Assembly: GCA_964106915.2 (NCBI GenBank)
Contig: OZ066924.1
Reading direction: 5' to 3' (one strand)
DNA: 64,000 bases
From: Podarcis gaigeae
Lineage: Eukaryota
Part shown: positions 51,711-64,000 of the stretch, piece after piece
How positions within the stretch are numbered: the stretch's first letter is position 1
Layout of the letters: each line of letters begins with the position of its first letter
Notes under the pieces: model-generated
What the model saw: only the letters and a program-made list of their open reading frames with translations
Database searches by the model: none
Told to the model about the DNA's origin: nothing
Program-made: the position numbers and the translations under genes

Positions 51711-51813
51711 AGAGAACGATAGAGTGGTTATGGTTAATAATACACCCATGGAAAATGTGGCCCATTCTTTTGCTGTGCAGCAGTTAAGGAAAAGTGGGAA
51801 AGTGGCTACCATT
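51711..51813 (+). CDS. TJP2: TJP2 exon, PDZ1 ([34 protein letters not shown])
   Basis: ttttgcag| acceptor, ATT|GTAAGT donor, phases consistent. Confidence 0.97.
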
Positions 51814-52291
51814 GTAAGTTAACAAGTATTTGCAGAAATATTTGCATTCTATCATTAAGGAGAAGTTAACAACACTGCACTTAGAATAAGTATTAATACG
51901 TCTGAAATATAAAGACCTGATATTACAAAAACTGTAATATTTTAAATGGAAAGGGTGGGAAGGGAGATTATTTCTCAGGCCTGCTGTAGAGATGCTGATG
52001 TCTTGTAAAAAGCATTTACCTGCGAAGCTGATTATCATGTTTAAAGATGCTCAGCGAGTGCACAGGCTTTTCTCTGCACCAGTGACCTGCTGTTTAGGTG
52101 GGCATTCTGCTGGCATCTTAACTGTGGAGCAGCTGCATGGAATGCCAGCTTGGCTGAAGTGCTCTGCTACATTGCGTCTAAGTTGGGTTTGTTGGGTTTT
52201 ATAAACGTAGTGATAATTTTTTTGCAGCTGAATGTAAAATGATTGTGGCTTTTACAAGGAAATACAAAATTGTTCTCATTTTTGCAAACAG

Positions 52292-52853
52292 ATAGTTAAA
52301 AGACCTCGCCAAGTGCAGCTCCCAGCTGTGAGAAGAAGCCCCTCTCTGGACTATGACTACCGGGCCTTTGATGTTATGGATAGTCGTGCCGAGTTTGATG
52401 GCAGAAGCACTCGAAGTGGCTACAGTGAAAGGAGTTGGTATAGTGGGAATGGGGGCCGGAGCCAGAGCTGGGGAGACCACCTGGATCGGGGCTACAGGAC
52501 TGGCCAGCACAGCAGAGAGCGCAGCTGCAGTCGCGATCGAAATCGCGGCCGGAGCATGGACAGAGAGAGGAGCTTCGACCACGAATACCAAAGACCCCGA
52601 AGCAGAGGCAGGAGCGTGGATAGAGAGGATGAATATGACCGGCGCTATGGTGGTGATCGGAGTGTGCCCCGAGACTACGACTGGAGAACCCGTCTTGAAG
52701 CCCCTCGTGAGAGGGAAGCCAAGAGCGGGAGCAGAGACCGGCTTAATTCCCGCAGCCCTTCCCCTGAATTGCAGCCTCAGTATGACTATGGAGCACATCA
52801 GGACCCCAGTGGGCCAGTTAATGTTCTCCTCACAAAAAGCAGATCAAACGAAG
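52292..52853 (+). CDS. TJP2: TJP2 large exon, Arg/Ser/Asp-rich linker to the start of PDZ2
   Basis: IVKRPRQVQ...RSPSPE...GPVNVLLTKSRSNE; overlaps ORF 52313-53026; ends at non-canonical donor AAG|GCAAGT. Confidence 0.93.
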
Positions 52854-53589
52854 GCAAGTGCCCAGCATCTTTTGGTGGGAGGTTGAAAGGAATGCCTCCT
52901 CCTTGCTTTTACCTCCTCTCCCCTTGGCCGTTTAACCCATTGATTGCAAACCTCTGTTTGCTTGGCACCTCAGTTTTTATTTTTTCCTTATTGTTTCCTG
53001 AAATTTACACAAGCGCAAAAAATTAAACAAGAGACAAAAAATTTAGGATACCTTACAAATATATTGAGGACAAAGTGCCATGTAAACGTCCTAGAAGAAC
53101 GTCTGGTACACACTCCACGGTGTCAAAACTACTGAGAAGGACCCAAAGATGCCTTAAATTTAAATGTATACCTTGGTTTACAGAATATAGGGCAAGCAAT
53201 TTGATCCACTTCTTTTTCTCAACATTAGGAGCCCACAAGCTAGCATGGAACTCGGTCAGATCAGGAACCCATGAAGCTGAACTTGCCTGCCAGCCCTGCA
53301 TGGTACCTTGCCCTGGCACTTGATACTTCCTTATTTTTGCATCCCAGGCAGTCAGCCAGATTAGTAGCTATATGTAAAATCTTGGTGACCCTCCCTACCT
53401 GACCAGTAGAGTCTATTTGCCCTGATGTGCCACAGCTGCATTGCTCAGGTCCCCCTTTGTCTTCCAATCCACTGAGAAAGACAAAATACCATTGATGGCT
53501 CCCTCCACTTGCATATATTGGAAACCAGTGGCATGTAGCATGCTTCATGTGTCAAGCTGCAAAACTGTCTCTTATTGTTCCACTTACAG

Positions 53590-53693
53590 AATATGGCCTT
53601 CGACTTGGAAGTCAGATTTTCATCAAAGAAATGACCAGCACGGGGCTGGCAACCAAGGATGGCAATTTGCATGAAGGGGACATCATTCTCAAA
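53590..53693 (+). CDS. TJP2: TJP2 exon, PDZ2 ([35 protein letters not shown])
   Basis: ttacag| acceptor, AAA|GTACGT donor. Confidence 0.96.
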
Positions 53694-53838
53694 GTACGTT
53701 TTTGTATTAAGGGCCCTTAATTTCTTACGTTTTTGGGGAAATGGACACTTTGCAAGTTTTCCTGTCCATTTGCAATTAGTGAATGGAGAACCGTTTGTGC
53801 TCAAAGTGTAAGTAAATATGTTTGTCTCACACATCCAG

Positions 53839-53992
53839 ATCAATGGTACAGTGACAGAGAATATGTCTTTATTTGATGCCAGAAAATTGATTGAGAAATC
53901 AAGAGGAAAACTCCAGTTGGTTGTCCTAAGGGACAGAAAACAAACCCTAATCAACATTCCTTCCATGCATGACAGCGAGTCAGAAATAGAAG
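53839..53992 (+). CDS. TJP2: TJP2 exon, PDZ2 C-half ([32 protein letters not shown]...SEIE)
   Basis: atccag| acceptor, AAG|GTGAGA donor. Confidence 0.96.
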
Positions 53993-54740
53993 GTGAGAGC
54001 TTAGAAGCAGAGCTAAAGTCACTTTCCTATTTAAGTATTTATTTGCATAAATAAAAATATACCTTCACAGAAATGTACTCAATTAGACACAAAACAAAAG
54101 TTGCTAAGTATAAAAGCTTGTGTGTTTTTTGTGGTACAGATTTTGAGACTTGGAAATCTGTACCAGTAACTGGTCTGAAGTGTGACCAAATGTCTTGAGT
54201 CAAGGCAAGGCATGTGGGTGAGTTCCTTTGCCCCAAGCCAAGGCCAATATGAGCTAAGAATATGCCACAGAATGTGTTTTTCATACCAGGTTTCTTCACT
54301 TCCATTGCATTCATTGATCATGCTGTTCTGTTGTATCCATAGGCTGGCTGAGAAAGAGACTACCTCTGTGCAGGCTGCCCACTAAAGGTCACTTCTTACA
54401 TGGCATTTTTCCTGGGAAGGAAAAACTGTATTCAGTGCCAGATATGAAGTGATCATGCGGTCATGGATCTGCTGGCTAGAAGGCCACTTTGCATGTAACT
54501 TTCCCAGCTTCCTAATGGTGGTTTATGTAACTGGGCATGAGCGTTGGTCCTGCATGTTCCTTTCAGGCTCCCATCTACCTCTTGTGGGCTGCCTTAAGTT
54601 CACAGGTCCTGCTTTAACTAAGCCAAAGCGCTCTCTTCTATGTGAAGGGGGAGGAGCACTCCAGTATAATGTCAATAAAACCAACAAGGATGTTCAAATG
54701 TTTATTGTGCAGCTAAATTTATGCTCTCCTCTCTCAACAG

Positions 54741-54852
54741 ATATTTCTGAAATAGAGTCAAACAGGTCTTGCTCCCCTCAGGAAGATAGGAGGCTGCACC
54801 ATTCAGATTTAGATTCTCATTCTTCCAACGAAAAGCTAAAGGAAAAACAGAG
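54741..54852 (+). CDS. TJP2: TJP2 exon (DISEIESNRSCSPQED...EKLKEKQ)
   Basis: ctcaacag| acceptor, AG|GTAGGA donor. Confidence 0.94.
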
Positions 54853-54936
54853 GTAGGAAGGACGTGGTGTCACTTACATCTGTTACGGTTACTAGATCCT
54901 CAACTTTTCTATTAACTTTGTGGATTTTGTTTTAAG

Positions 54937-55070
54937 TGCAAAAGAAGATCCAGCCAGCAGACTATCCAAAATGGGAGCAACACCTACGCCTTTTAGATCA
55001 ACCGGTGATCTCACTGCTGCTTTAATCTCAGAGACAAATAGTGAACCCAAGTACCAAGATGATCCTCCAG
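54937..55070 (+). CDS. TJP2: TJP2 exon ([23 protein letters not shown]...YQDDPP)
   Basis: tttaag| acceptor after an 84-nt intron, CAG|GTCAGT donor. Confidence 0.94.
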
Positions 55071-55805
55071 GTCAGTTTCACTCTCTCTCGACTTTGAAAT
55101 GCTTTAATTTCAATAGGAGAAGCAGCCTTGCTTCATTCATAGAAATATAAAACCTGATCAGTTGTTAACACAGATGATTTTTAGGAAGTACATTTCATTT
55201 CTGCTGCTCCAGGCTTTCCCTTCTAATAATATACTCTGGTGCATTAAGAATCCTTCCCCTAAGCTACTTTTATAGACGGGAGAGAGGACCGCTTGTCTTT
55301 TTCAGCACACCAACTGCATACCAAATTATCTTTCAGTTTCTCTGTTAGCATTTGTTGTTTTAAAACAGAAAATAAGCTGAGACATTGGAGGCAGCCCAAT
55401 AAAACTGTATGCGTTTCACACGTTTTTTGTTTTTTACTGGTGAACTTTGTGTAAACGTAAAAGAGGGGCACTACAGCAAACTGAGCTTGTGAAATAAATG
55501 CAAATGTAAAAAGAAAAATATTTTCCTTCCTCTGTTATAATAGAATTAATATTGGCAGAGTGTATTAAACATAGAGACATTGAAAGCCTTGTACCAGAAA
55601 AGGTTGGTTGGCCTTTGAGATCTGATTTGTGATATTCAGGTAAACCAACTTAAGAGAAAGTGAAAGTTATTTCTAAATAAAAAGATTTAGATACCCTAAA
55701 CGTTCTTCTTTTTACTCTTTTTACTGTCTTTTGTGTTATTTAGAAACAAAATGGAAGCTAGTTCTATGATTCTGTGTGCATCATGTTGTTTTTTAATACA
55801 TACAG

Positions 55806-55872
55806 TTGTTCAGCCCAAGCCAGCCCCAAGAACATTCCTTCAGCCAAGTCCTGAAGACCTAGCAATATATGG
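55806..55872 (+). CDS. TJP2: TJP2 exon (VVQPKPAPRTFLQPSPEDLAIYG)
   Basis: tacag| acceptor, weak GG|GTTTGT donor; phases fit both neighbours. Confidence 0.9.
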
Positions 55873-55920
55873 GTTTGTGTTTTATATTTCACCTATTACT
55901 TTCATACCTTAAATATGTAT

Positions 55921-56800
55921 TGTAGTATTCACACGCCCTCTCCACCTCTCCACCTCTCCAAGCCGTCCTCGGCATGTGAAAGCTTTTTCAGAACACAAAA
56001 AACAGAACAGTAGTTGGCTGCCACCACTTCCTTATCTCAGAACAGCCCCCAAAAAGTAACCTAAGGAAGGTGATTACTCTTCAGCTTTACCAGGCTGCCC
56101 CCCTCTGTGTCACTTTACCGTGAGGCAGACAGAAATCCAACAGGCTCTGGTAGGCGACTAAGTGGTCAGGTACTGGTTCAGCTTCCCCAGTAGAAAGGCA
56201 CAAAAGACAAAAGTAGGAAAAAGTCCTTTCCCCAGAATTTATTAAAAAGAAAGATTATTCAGAACATAAAATTTGGCACATCTCTTACAAATCCCAAACA
56301 AAAAATAAAAACATTCTTTAGTATCACTAACTACAGAACATACTCATCAGGGCAGGCCCTTTGCATGACGATGGTCTCACATGGCAAGGTGTGCTAGGCA
56401 AGATGGGTTGCCTGGCAAGATGGGCTGCGAAAAGGTCTGCATTTTGCAAGTTAGTTTCCTAAGGTTTTTTCCCTCTTGAACCCAGGGGGATTCAAAACTT
56501 AATCCAATCAGGTCTTTAGATTAATTAGCAATTCGCCAAGGGTTACATGGAGGAACAATAGCTCAGACTTGTTAAGAGACAGCTGAATCCTGTTTATCAA
56601 AAGACCTTGAAGATTAAAGCATTCCCAGACACAGACCAGATTCTTTGAGTTGTAAATTAGCCAGATAACAGCCAGGTGTCAAGAACAACAAATCAACTAG
56701 AAACTCCCTTTTCTACAGAGGAAGGAGACACCCAAGTTACACTTCTGAAGACAAGAATTCGGCAATTAAAGAACCAGATACACTTTCCCAGGATTCTACA
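55921..56800 (-). mobile_element. Solo LTR, probably ERV
   Basis: TGTAG...CTACA inverted termini; flanks GTAT/GCAT (4-bp TSD, one mismatch); AATAAA on minus strand at ~56240. Confidence 0.6.
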
Positions 56801-57595
56801 GCATTTGGCTCTCCCATAATGCTCTTCTTTTTCATGAGCCAAAGTTTTAACTTGCTAAGATTTCCCAACATCATTACATGCATACATCAAAATGAGGTGT
56901 AATCATAGTTTAGCCAAAGCCACAATTTGCAAAATTAACTTCCAAAGAGGGTTGCAAATTGTGGTTTGGTACCAACCCTATGGTAGTTGAAATTGCAGGT
57001 GTAGCTGTAATATTAATCATAATTATCTCTTAGTGGGAGATACATAAAAAAGGAATTTGCACACCTGAGTTGGAAGGAGGCTCTGAGGCACTTCTAATCT
57101 CCTAACCATGTTAAGAAATGCAGCAGCGGCACTGCAGTAGACGGTCAGTTCTTGGCATCTGCTTCTGATCAGATCTGTAGATACAGGTCACTGCAGCCTG
57201 GGATCTCATGTGTCTGCTCACAATGTCCAGTCCCACCAAGCGCTCACACCTGTGAATACACAATTGTGTAAAACAAGGCTAGGATGCAACGGACTGTGTT
57301 CACAGGGAGACAGAGTTGTTCCCATTATTGTGGCTGCCTTTTTTTCCATTGGTGACCACAGAGTTGACTACCAGCTCATGGTGTGCACTGTTTTATGTCA
57401 ACCTTCCCCCTACCACTATGTTTCAGTATACAGCACATGAAATAAGTGTGGTGGAAATCCCTGTACTTTTGTAATCCCATGGCTGCTTTAAATGTGTAAG
57501 TTTGCGATGCTGATGTCTTCACATGGGGACTATGTTGCCTCAGCTTTCATGTGCTCACACATGAAATGCTCTTACACGACTCAAATCATCTCTAA

Positions 57596-57868
<273 letters not shown>

Positions 57869-58055
57869 TAGTAAATGTGTTTGTTTCAAAACCTTGGATG
57901 GGATTCCTAATTTAAAAACAGTTGCTGAAGCAACTTGTTACGTTAAAACCTCTGGCAGCATCTTGACAACCCAGCTGAGGCAATTGTTACCTAGTTATCA
58001 TTCTATTGTGTTTTCCACCAATCTTTGTGAAGGCTTACAGTACAGAATAGTACTA

Positions 58056-58289
58056 CAGTGGTACCTTGGGTTAAGAACTTAATTTGTTCCGGAGGTCCAT
58101 TCTTAACCTAAAACTGTTCTTAGCCTGAAGTACCACTTTAGCTAATGGGGCCTCCTGCTGCTGCCGCCGTGTGATTTCTGTTCTCATCCTGAAGCAAAGT
58201 TCTTAACCCGAGGTACTATTTCTGGATTAGCAGAGTCTGTAACCTGAAGCGTCTGTAACCTGAAGTGTCTGTAACCCGAGGTACCACTG
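58056..58289. mobile_element. Tigger-like MITE, family A
   Basis: TIRs and TA TSD. Confidence 0.9.
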
Positions 58290-58399
58290 TATTCCTTCTG
58301 ATCTGAACTGATTGATTTCTGAGCTCACGTTCCTCCCAGCAGCCTCCTGGGCATCACTTGTTTTAAAAGAACTTTAAGCCTTCTTCAGGCATTCTAAAG

Positions 58400-59219
58400 C
58401 AGGGGTCAGCAACCTTTTAAAGTAGAGGGCCAGATCACTGTCCCTCAAACCTTGCCGCAGGCCAGAGCACGCACGCGCATGCACACTCTCTCTTTACTAC
58501 AGGATCCAAAGATTCCATCAAAAAACAATAATAAAGTTCCAAAGGTCTCAGTTGCATGCCACAGCATATCTGTTCCGTTCTGAGACACCCTCCCAGGGTT
58601 CTGGGGTGTGCGAAGCTTTGTTCCCCCATTTTTAACTCTGCTACGGAACGTCTATCCCCCTCCAAGACGGGAAAGCGGAGAACATGTGTCCTGAACCGAG
58701 CAGTTCCTTCTGCAGAAGGACACGTGTTCTCCTCTCTCCCGTCTTGGAGGGGGAGACGCATTCGGTAGCGGAGTTAAAAACGGGTGAAACAAGGCTTCAT
58801 ACACCCCAGAACCCTGGGAGGGTGTCTCAGAACAGAACTTGTGGCGGTGGCAGAAGGAGTAGCGAGCCAGGGGAGAGCCGGGGAGGGGCTGCCTTAAATC
58901 ACGCTGGCACAAACAAAGCCCAGGCCCCTTCCTCTCGGCTCTAGAGGGAGGGAGGCAGGAGGAAAGGAAGCTGCAACCAATGAGAAGGAAACAAAGCTGC
59001 TGGCACCAATCAAAGGCTAGCCCCCTTCTTCCGCAGGGCGGGGGAGAAACCAGGAGGAGGGAGGGAGGAGGCGCCGCCATCAGGGAGAGAGAGAGAAAAA
59101 TGGCGCAGCCCAAATGATATGAATCAGAACCATGCAGCGATTTCTGGACCATCCGTGGGCCGGATTCAGAACCCATTTGGGCCGGAACCAGCCCGCGGGC
59201 CTTAGGTTGCCGACCTCTG
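58400..59219. mobile_element. hAT non-autonomous element with internal palindrome
   Basis: TIR CAGGGGTCAGCAACCT/AGGTTGCCGACCTCTG; 8-bp TSD TTCTAAAG. Confidence 0.88.
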
Positions 59220-59701
59220 TTCTAAAGCATGCAGCTGCTGACCATGGTTAAGTATCCCATGAAATCCTTCTCAAAGAAGACCCATTGCAATAAATGAACC
59301 AGTTAGCCATGTCCATTGATTCATTGGGTCTACTCTGGATACAAATCAATGGTTTTAGCCTCATCCAATGCAGTATTCACTTAGCTCTTGTAACAGGCAA
59401 ACTGTTCTGAAACAAATAAGGGTGTCTGATCACCCCATATTACACATCTAAAACATTATTTTTAGGAGACGTATAGTGGTTAAAAGTTGGTTGTACTTGC
59501 TAGTAGAAAAATGGTTGGTACTGAGTCAGTTCAGAGAGGGAGATTGACATGTTCCTGCCCTCAGTGAATATAACCCAGAAATGTGTAAAGTTGGTTGGCT
59601 AAAATTAATATTTTGCACAAAGGCAAAACCAGCTTCTTCCTCTTTGGTGGTCTGTATCAAAGGAATCTTCTCTTAAAATCTGTTTGGTGGTTTTGTATCA
59701 G

Positions 59702-59810
59702 GTAAACACTCAAGATTTCAGAGGTATTATTCGAGAGGATGCTGTTCTGTACCTGTTGGAAATTCCGAAAGGAGATATTGTGACAATTCTGGCCCAGAGC
59801 AAATATGATG
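59702..59810 (+). CDS. TJP2: TJP2 exon, PDZ3 C-half ([36 protein letters not shown])
   Basis: tatcag| acceptor, ATG|GTAGGC donor. Confidence 0.96.
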
Positions 59811-60192
59811 GTAGGCACCGGCATGTAAATTTTTGTTTATGTACTTCCTGCTTTTATCTATAGCTCAAGCTGTGTCTCAGTGTAGTAGGTGAACAGCAAA
59901 TATAGCAGTAGTCAGCTGCTGCATTTTGCTCTGTTCATATTTAAAGATTTTACTGCATCTTATTGGAGAAAGTGGGTTAGTAGAAATAATTAAAGCTTCT
60001 CATTTCCATGCAGATTTTAAGTCAAAATTACCTGTATTAATGGCTCTTCAGTCATTTGCACACAGCAGATTCTTATGGAAAATATTTGCAAATCTACAAT
60101 GTCCGGTAGTTTCTTTGTGCTGACTGTAGCAGTCTTCTAAGAGAGTCCCCAAAGCCCTGCTATAGACCTACTGAGAAAAATAATTGAACTAG

Positions 60193-60438
<246 letters not shown>

Positions 60439-60958
60439 TAGATCATGATGTTAATTGATGTTACTCTCTCTTGTAGTTTATTCCATCTCTGTCTAGTGTT
60501 ATCAAAAACAGATGGAGCATGTAAATAAGTACATGCAGAACTCAATTCTTATTTACAAGGGTCACTTGGGATCCTCTTCCCCAGTGGTGTCCTTGGGTTA
60601 CACCCCTTTATTTGGTCTCATATAAATAAATAGTTGTGTTTTACTCTTATGTAGAAGAGGAAAGCGACACATTTAGAGGCAAAGACCTACGGTACTTCAT
60701 GCATCTAACATGTAAAGGGGCTTTTGTGTCACACTGCTGTCCCTGCTCCTGATGTCAGGAGGTATTAGGGGAAGCAGCCAAAGACTTGGATATGTTACCT
60801 ATACATACATGTACATACATAGGAATATAGTGATGGGGGCCATCCTGTACTATTTTATAGCATCAGTTGTGTCTATGATATGCTTTTCTGCCTGCAGAAA
60901 TGCACACAAGTTGACTTGCTGACTTTTACAAATGGACTAAATGCTGTTTCTTTTTCAG

Positions 60959-61146
60959 GGCTGAGCAGATGGCCAGTGTTCAAAATGCTCAAAGAGATGG
61001 CTCCAGTGACAGGGCAGACTTCTGGCGGATGCGTGGCCAACGGTCTGGAATGAAAAAGAATCTAAAGAAGAGCCGTGAAGATTTGACAGCAATTGCATCT
61101 GTTAGCACAAAGTTTCCAGCCTATGAGCGAGTCATGCTCCGGGAGG
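60959..61146 (+). CDS. TJP2: TJP2 exon, SH3-GK hinge ([13 protein letters not shown]...[12 protein letters not shown])
   Basis: tttttcag| acceptor, AGG|GTGAGT donor. Confidence 0.97.
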
Positions 61147-62438
61147 GTGAGTGAGTGACAGCATATGAAAACTGACAGCTCATTTCCTCATTTGTAAAAG
61201 ACAGCTACAGCGATTTTTTCTGGCAACTTAAACAAATCAAGCCAACTGGCTTTATCTCTAGGCTAACTGCAAGTGGTAAAGTCTGTCTCTGGTCACAACC
61301 ATGTTGTGGCCTGTCCAAAACATCACATTAAATTTGTTTAGATGAGTGGTTCCCCCCCCCTTCAGTAACCAGTTCCTCTGCATGCCCCTCCTGTGGGCTG
61401 CCAAATAATGGAATAGTCCACAATACAAAATATGGAAACACAAACTATACTAACGCACAGTGTGTTCATAATGTTTTGAGAAGTTAAAAAAAGACATGTA
61501 AGCATTTCAGACATTACAATTGAGCTTCTGTTGTGCTGCTGTTATAACTGTAATGTGTGAGTCAGTTTTCAAAGTCAGGCTGGCTCATTTGTAGATACAC
61601 TTAGTAAATACTCAGGACAATGGACTCTCTCCATCAGTGCTGTTGTGCGCCCCCTTTTCTTGAACTGTGTTGTGAAAATGTATGCTTAATTTTTTCTCTA
61701 AGTGTAGCTTATCTGCTGTCATGCTAGTATTGCATTGGCTAGAATACAGTCCATTCTCATAGATAAGCGTGGATTATTGTATATGTTAGGATAATAAATA
61801 GGTATTTTCAAAAAAACAGGCTTTGAATGTTCTTTGTTGGAACAAAATAGTGATGATGCCCTTCAAATCTGAATAACTCTTTTCAAGAGACCTCTTTTCA
61901 ATATCTCTTGTGGAAAGCTTAGCAAGGAGTGTGCCAACTTTATTCTGGTTAAATGTGAGTTAGCATCTCAGCATGACACACCTGTGACTGCACAAAAGTG
62001 TTAAGGGACATGTTATTTTAAAATAACATTTAAGAGACATGTAGGGATTGTTTCAACAAAAGCAAACACACTGAAGCAATAGCTGCTGAGATGTAGAGTT
62101 AATAATTATTTTGGACTGCGTTAGAACAGAACATTTGCTGTACTGACTCGTGTGAGAGATGTTTCACAGAGCCATATTGTGTGAAGGGTATCTGCAAGTA
62201 ATTGTCTCTTAAGTGTGTCAGCTGCTGTTTGTTGGCCTCTGCCAATTTCCAGTGAAAGTATGTCTGAATTGTGAGGAACTTTTCCCTTTGTGAGGACAAA
62301 ATGTCCTCACGTATTTTACAGATGATTATGATGATTGGATGATTTGGGGGATATTCATTTCTGTATTTTAGAGGGAACAGTTTTTTGTTTTGGTCATTAT
62401 AAAATAGAAACTAGTCATATGCAGCTTTCTATTTTCAG

Positions 62439-62534
62439 CTGGTTTTAGGCGCCCTGTGGTGATATTTGGTCCCATTGCAGACGTAGCAATGGAGAAACTT
62501 TGCAATGACTTGCCTGAGATGTATCATGCTGCCA
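62439..62534 (+). CDS. TJP2: TJP2 exon, GK domain ([31 protein letters not shown])
   Basis: ttttcag| acceptor, CCA|GTAAGT donor. Confidence 0.96.
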
Positions 62535-62622
62535 GTAAGTCTTTCAGTGCTCCTCTCTTAACACAATCCTTCAGCATTTAGTGATCCACGGAAATGACGA
62601 CATAGCTGTATTATTCTTGCAG

Positions 62623-62702
62623 AAACCGAGCCTAAAGATGCAGGCTCAGAGAAGTCCACCGGCGTTGTGCGTTTGAATACTGTGAGGCAAATCATTGAGC
62701 AG
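62623..62702 (+). CDS. TJP2: TJP2 exon, GK domain ([26 protein letters not shown])
   Basis: cttgcag| acceptor, CAG|GTACAC donor. Confidence 0.96.
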
Positions 62703-62856
62703 GTACACATATTCACTCCCCCCACCCACCCCTGGGCCGGTTCTCTTAGCTTTTTATCACGTTGGGAAGCCAAGTAGGAGATGCTGGGGATGGGGATGCT
62801 GTTATTTTGCTGTCCTTTTTGTACCTGTAACCTTCCTATTGCTGCACTTTTAACAG

Positions 62857-63067
62857 GATAAACATGCTCTATTGGATGTGACCCCAAAAGCCGTGGATCT
62901 GTTAAACTACACCCAGTGGTTCCCAATTGTAGTTTTTTTCAACCCAGATAGCAAGCAGGGTGTGAAAGTCATGAGGCAAAGGCTAATTTCCACCTCCAAC
63001 AAGAGCGCACGGAAGTTGTATGACCAAGCAAATAAGCTGAAGAGGACCTGCTCGCATCTTTTCACAG
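62857..63067 (+). CDS. TJP2: TJP2 exon, GK domain ([32 protein letters not shown]...SHLFT); gene continues past window
   Basis: taacag| acceptor, CAG|GTAGGT donor. Confidence 0.97.
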
Positions 63068-63377
63068 GTAGGTGGAAATAGGTTGCTCGCTTCTTTGTTT
63101 GGTTTTCTTTGAAAGCATCTCTAGGTGCAGAGTGAATTTCACATGACAGCCCTTCTCAGTGCATGGAGCAAGTCTTATTTCAGTGGAGGTCGAGTAGGGA
63201 TTATGTATTGGATGGTGTATGACCCATGCTTTTAAAATATGCTGGTCACTTAGTCCCATGCATGAAATATCTTTCTTGCTTTTTTCCTGTACTTCCTTTC
63301 ATCACAGAATGAATGCAAGGATCTCAGCTAAAGCATCCATACAATAAGGTTTTTAGTTTAACTTCTCAACTTGCCCA

Positions 63378-63920
63378 TGTCAGGCCTGGTCGTTGTCCTC
63401 TTCAGATCACCACACAAACGCTTCTTGTTCTTTTATAACTTTTTATTGCGTATTAACAAAACAATCTTATAAACGGTTCTTAAATATCATTCCTCAGAGT
63501 CACTTCTTTCAGATCCCTTCTGAGCTCTGCTTCTCCGTGACCAGCCACTCTCAAAATGGCGAAGGCGCCCTTCCCTTCGCTTTCCCACTCTTTTTCCTAC
63601 CCTCCTGGCTAGAGCTGGCCTGTATCTCCCCTCCTCCCAATCTGAGCTAGAACTGAACCCTGGCCTTTCCTGGGAACAGCCGGTCCCTCCCTCTTGTTCC
63701 TCTTGCTCCCTTCTATTAGATTCACTGCTCTCCCTCCCCCCTTGGGGAATGCTTTCTCCCTCTGAGAAACTGGAAACGTCTAACTCTTCCCTGACATCAC
63801 CCCCTCCCCTAAGCCCCCCTTCCTCCTCCTCCTCCTCGCTCTCCTCTGTTTCTGAAGGACCGAACCCTATGAACTCTTCTTCCTCGCTATCTGTCTCTTC
63901 AAAAATTTCTTGAAGATGCC
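63378..63920 (-). mobile_element. Probable Gypsy-type LTR, interrupted by a Penelope fragment
   Basis: Starts TGTCAGG; minus-strand AATAAA at ~63445; CT-rich body; other end not visible. Confidence 0.45.
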
Positions 63921-64000
63921 AAAACAAAAAAAATTCCTTCCAGTAGCACCTTAAAGACCAACTAAGTTAGTTCTTGGTATGAGCTTTTGTGTGCATGCAT
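63921..64000 (-). mobile_element. Penelope end fragment, cut by window edge
   Basis: Same arm sequence as 17755 and 31511. Confidence 0.8.

Noticed and set aside
52199-52886. 199-aa antisense and 177-aa alternative-frame ORFs
   Set aside because: Shadows of the repetitive RS-rich TJP2 exon
63487-63927. 146-aa acidic ORF
   Set aside because: Low-complexity purine-rich strand of a probable LTR, antisense within an intron

Overview
Eukaryotic genomic DNA from a squamate reptile, probably a lacertid lizard (inferred from abundant Sauria SINEs). The window holds the 5' and middle part of TJP2 (tight junction protein ZO-2) on the + strand. It has a CpG-island first coding exon (MPVRG..., 22332-22415) and an alternative first coding exon (MKTAQAL..., 41792-41863). 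Sixteen further exons (46123-63067) encode PDZ1, the RS-rich linker, PDZ2, PDZ3, SH3 and most of the GK domain; the gene continues beyond the window. A candidate further upstream in-frame exon lies at 11700-11820. The rest is transposon-rich: Sauria SINEs, Tc1/mariner-type and hAT MITEs, a Sola2-like element, L1/L2/CR1 fragments and LTRs, plus a 200-N gap. The most unusual signal is a Penelope-like retroelement family carrying a minimal hammerhead ribozyme. It has left one long GIY-YIG-bearing copy and several tiny insertions, two of them near-perfect hairpins of two inverted element ends flanked by target-site duplications (TSDs). Every scorable short arm stops at the ribozyme core. Comparisons to human ZO-2 and repeat family names come from recall, not database searches.
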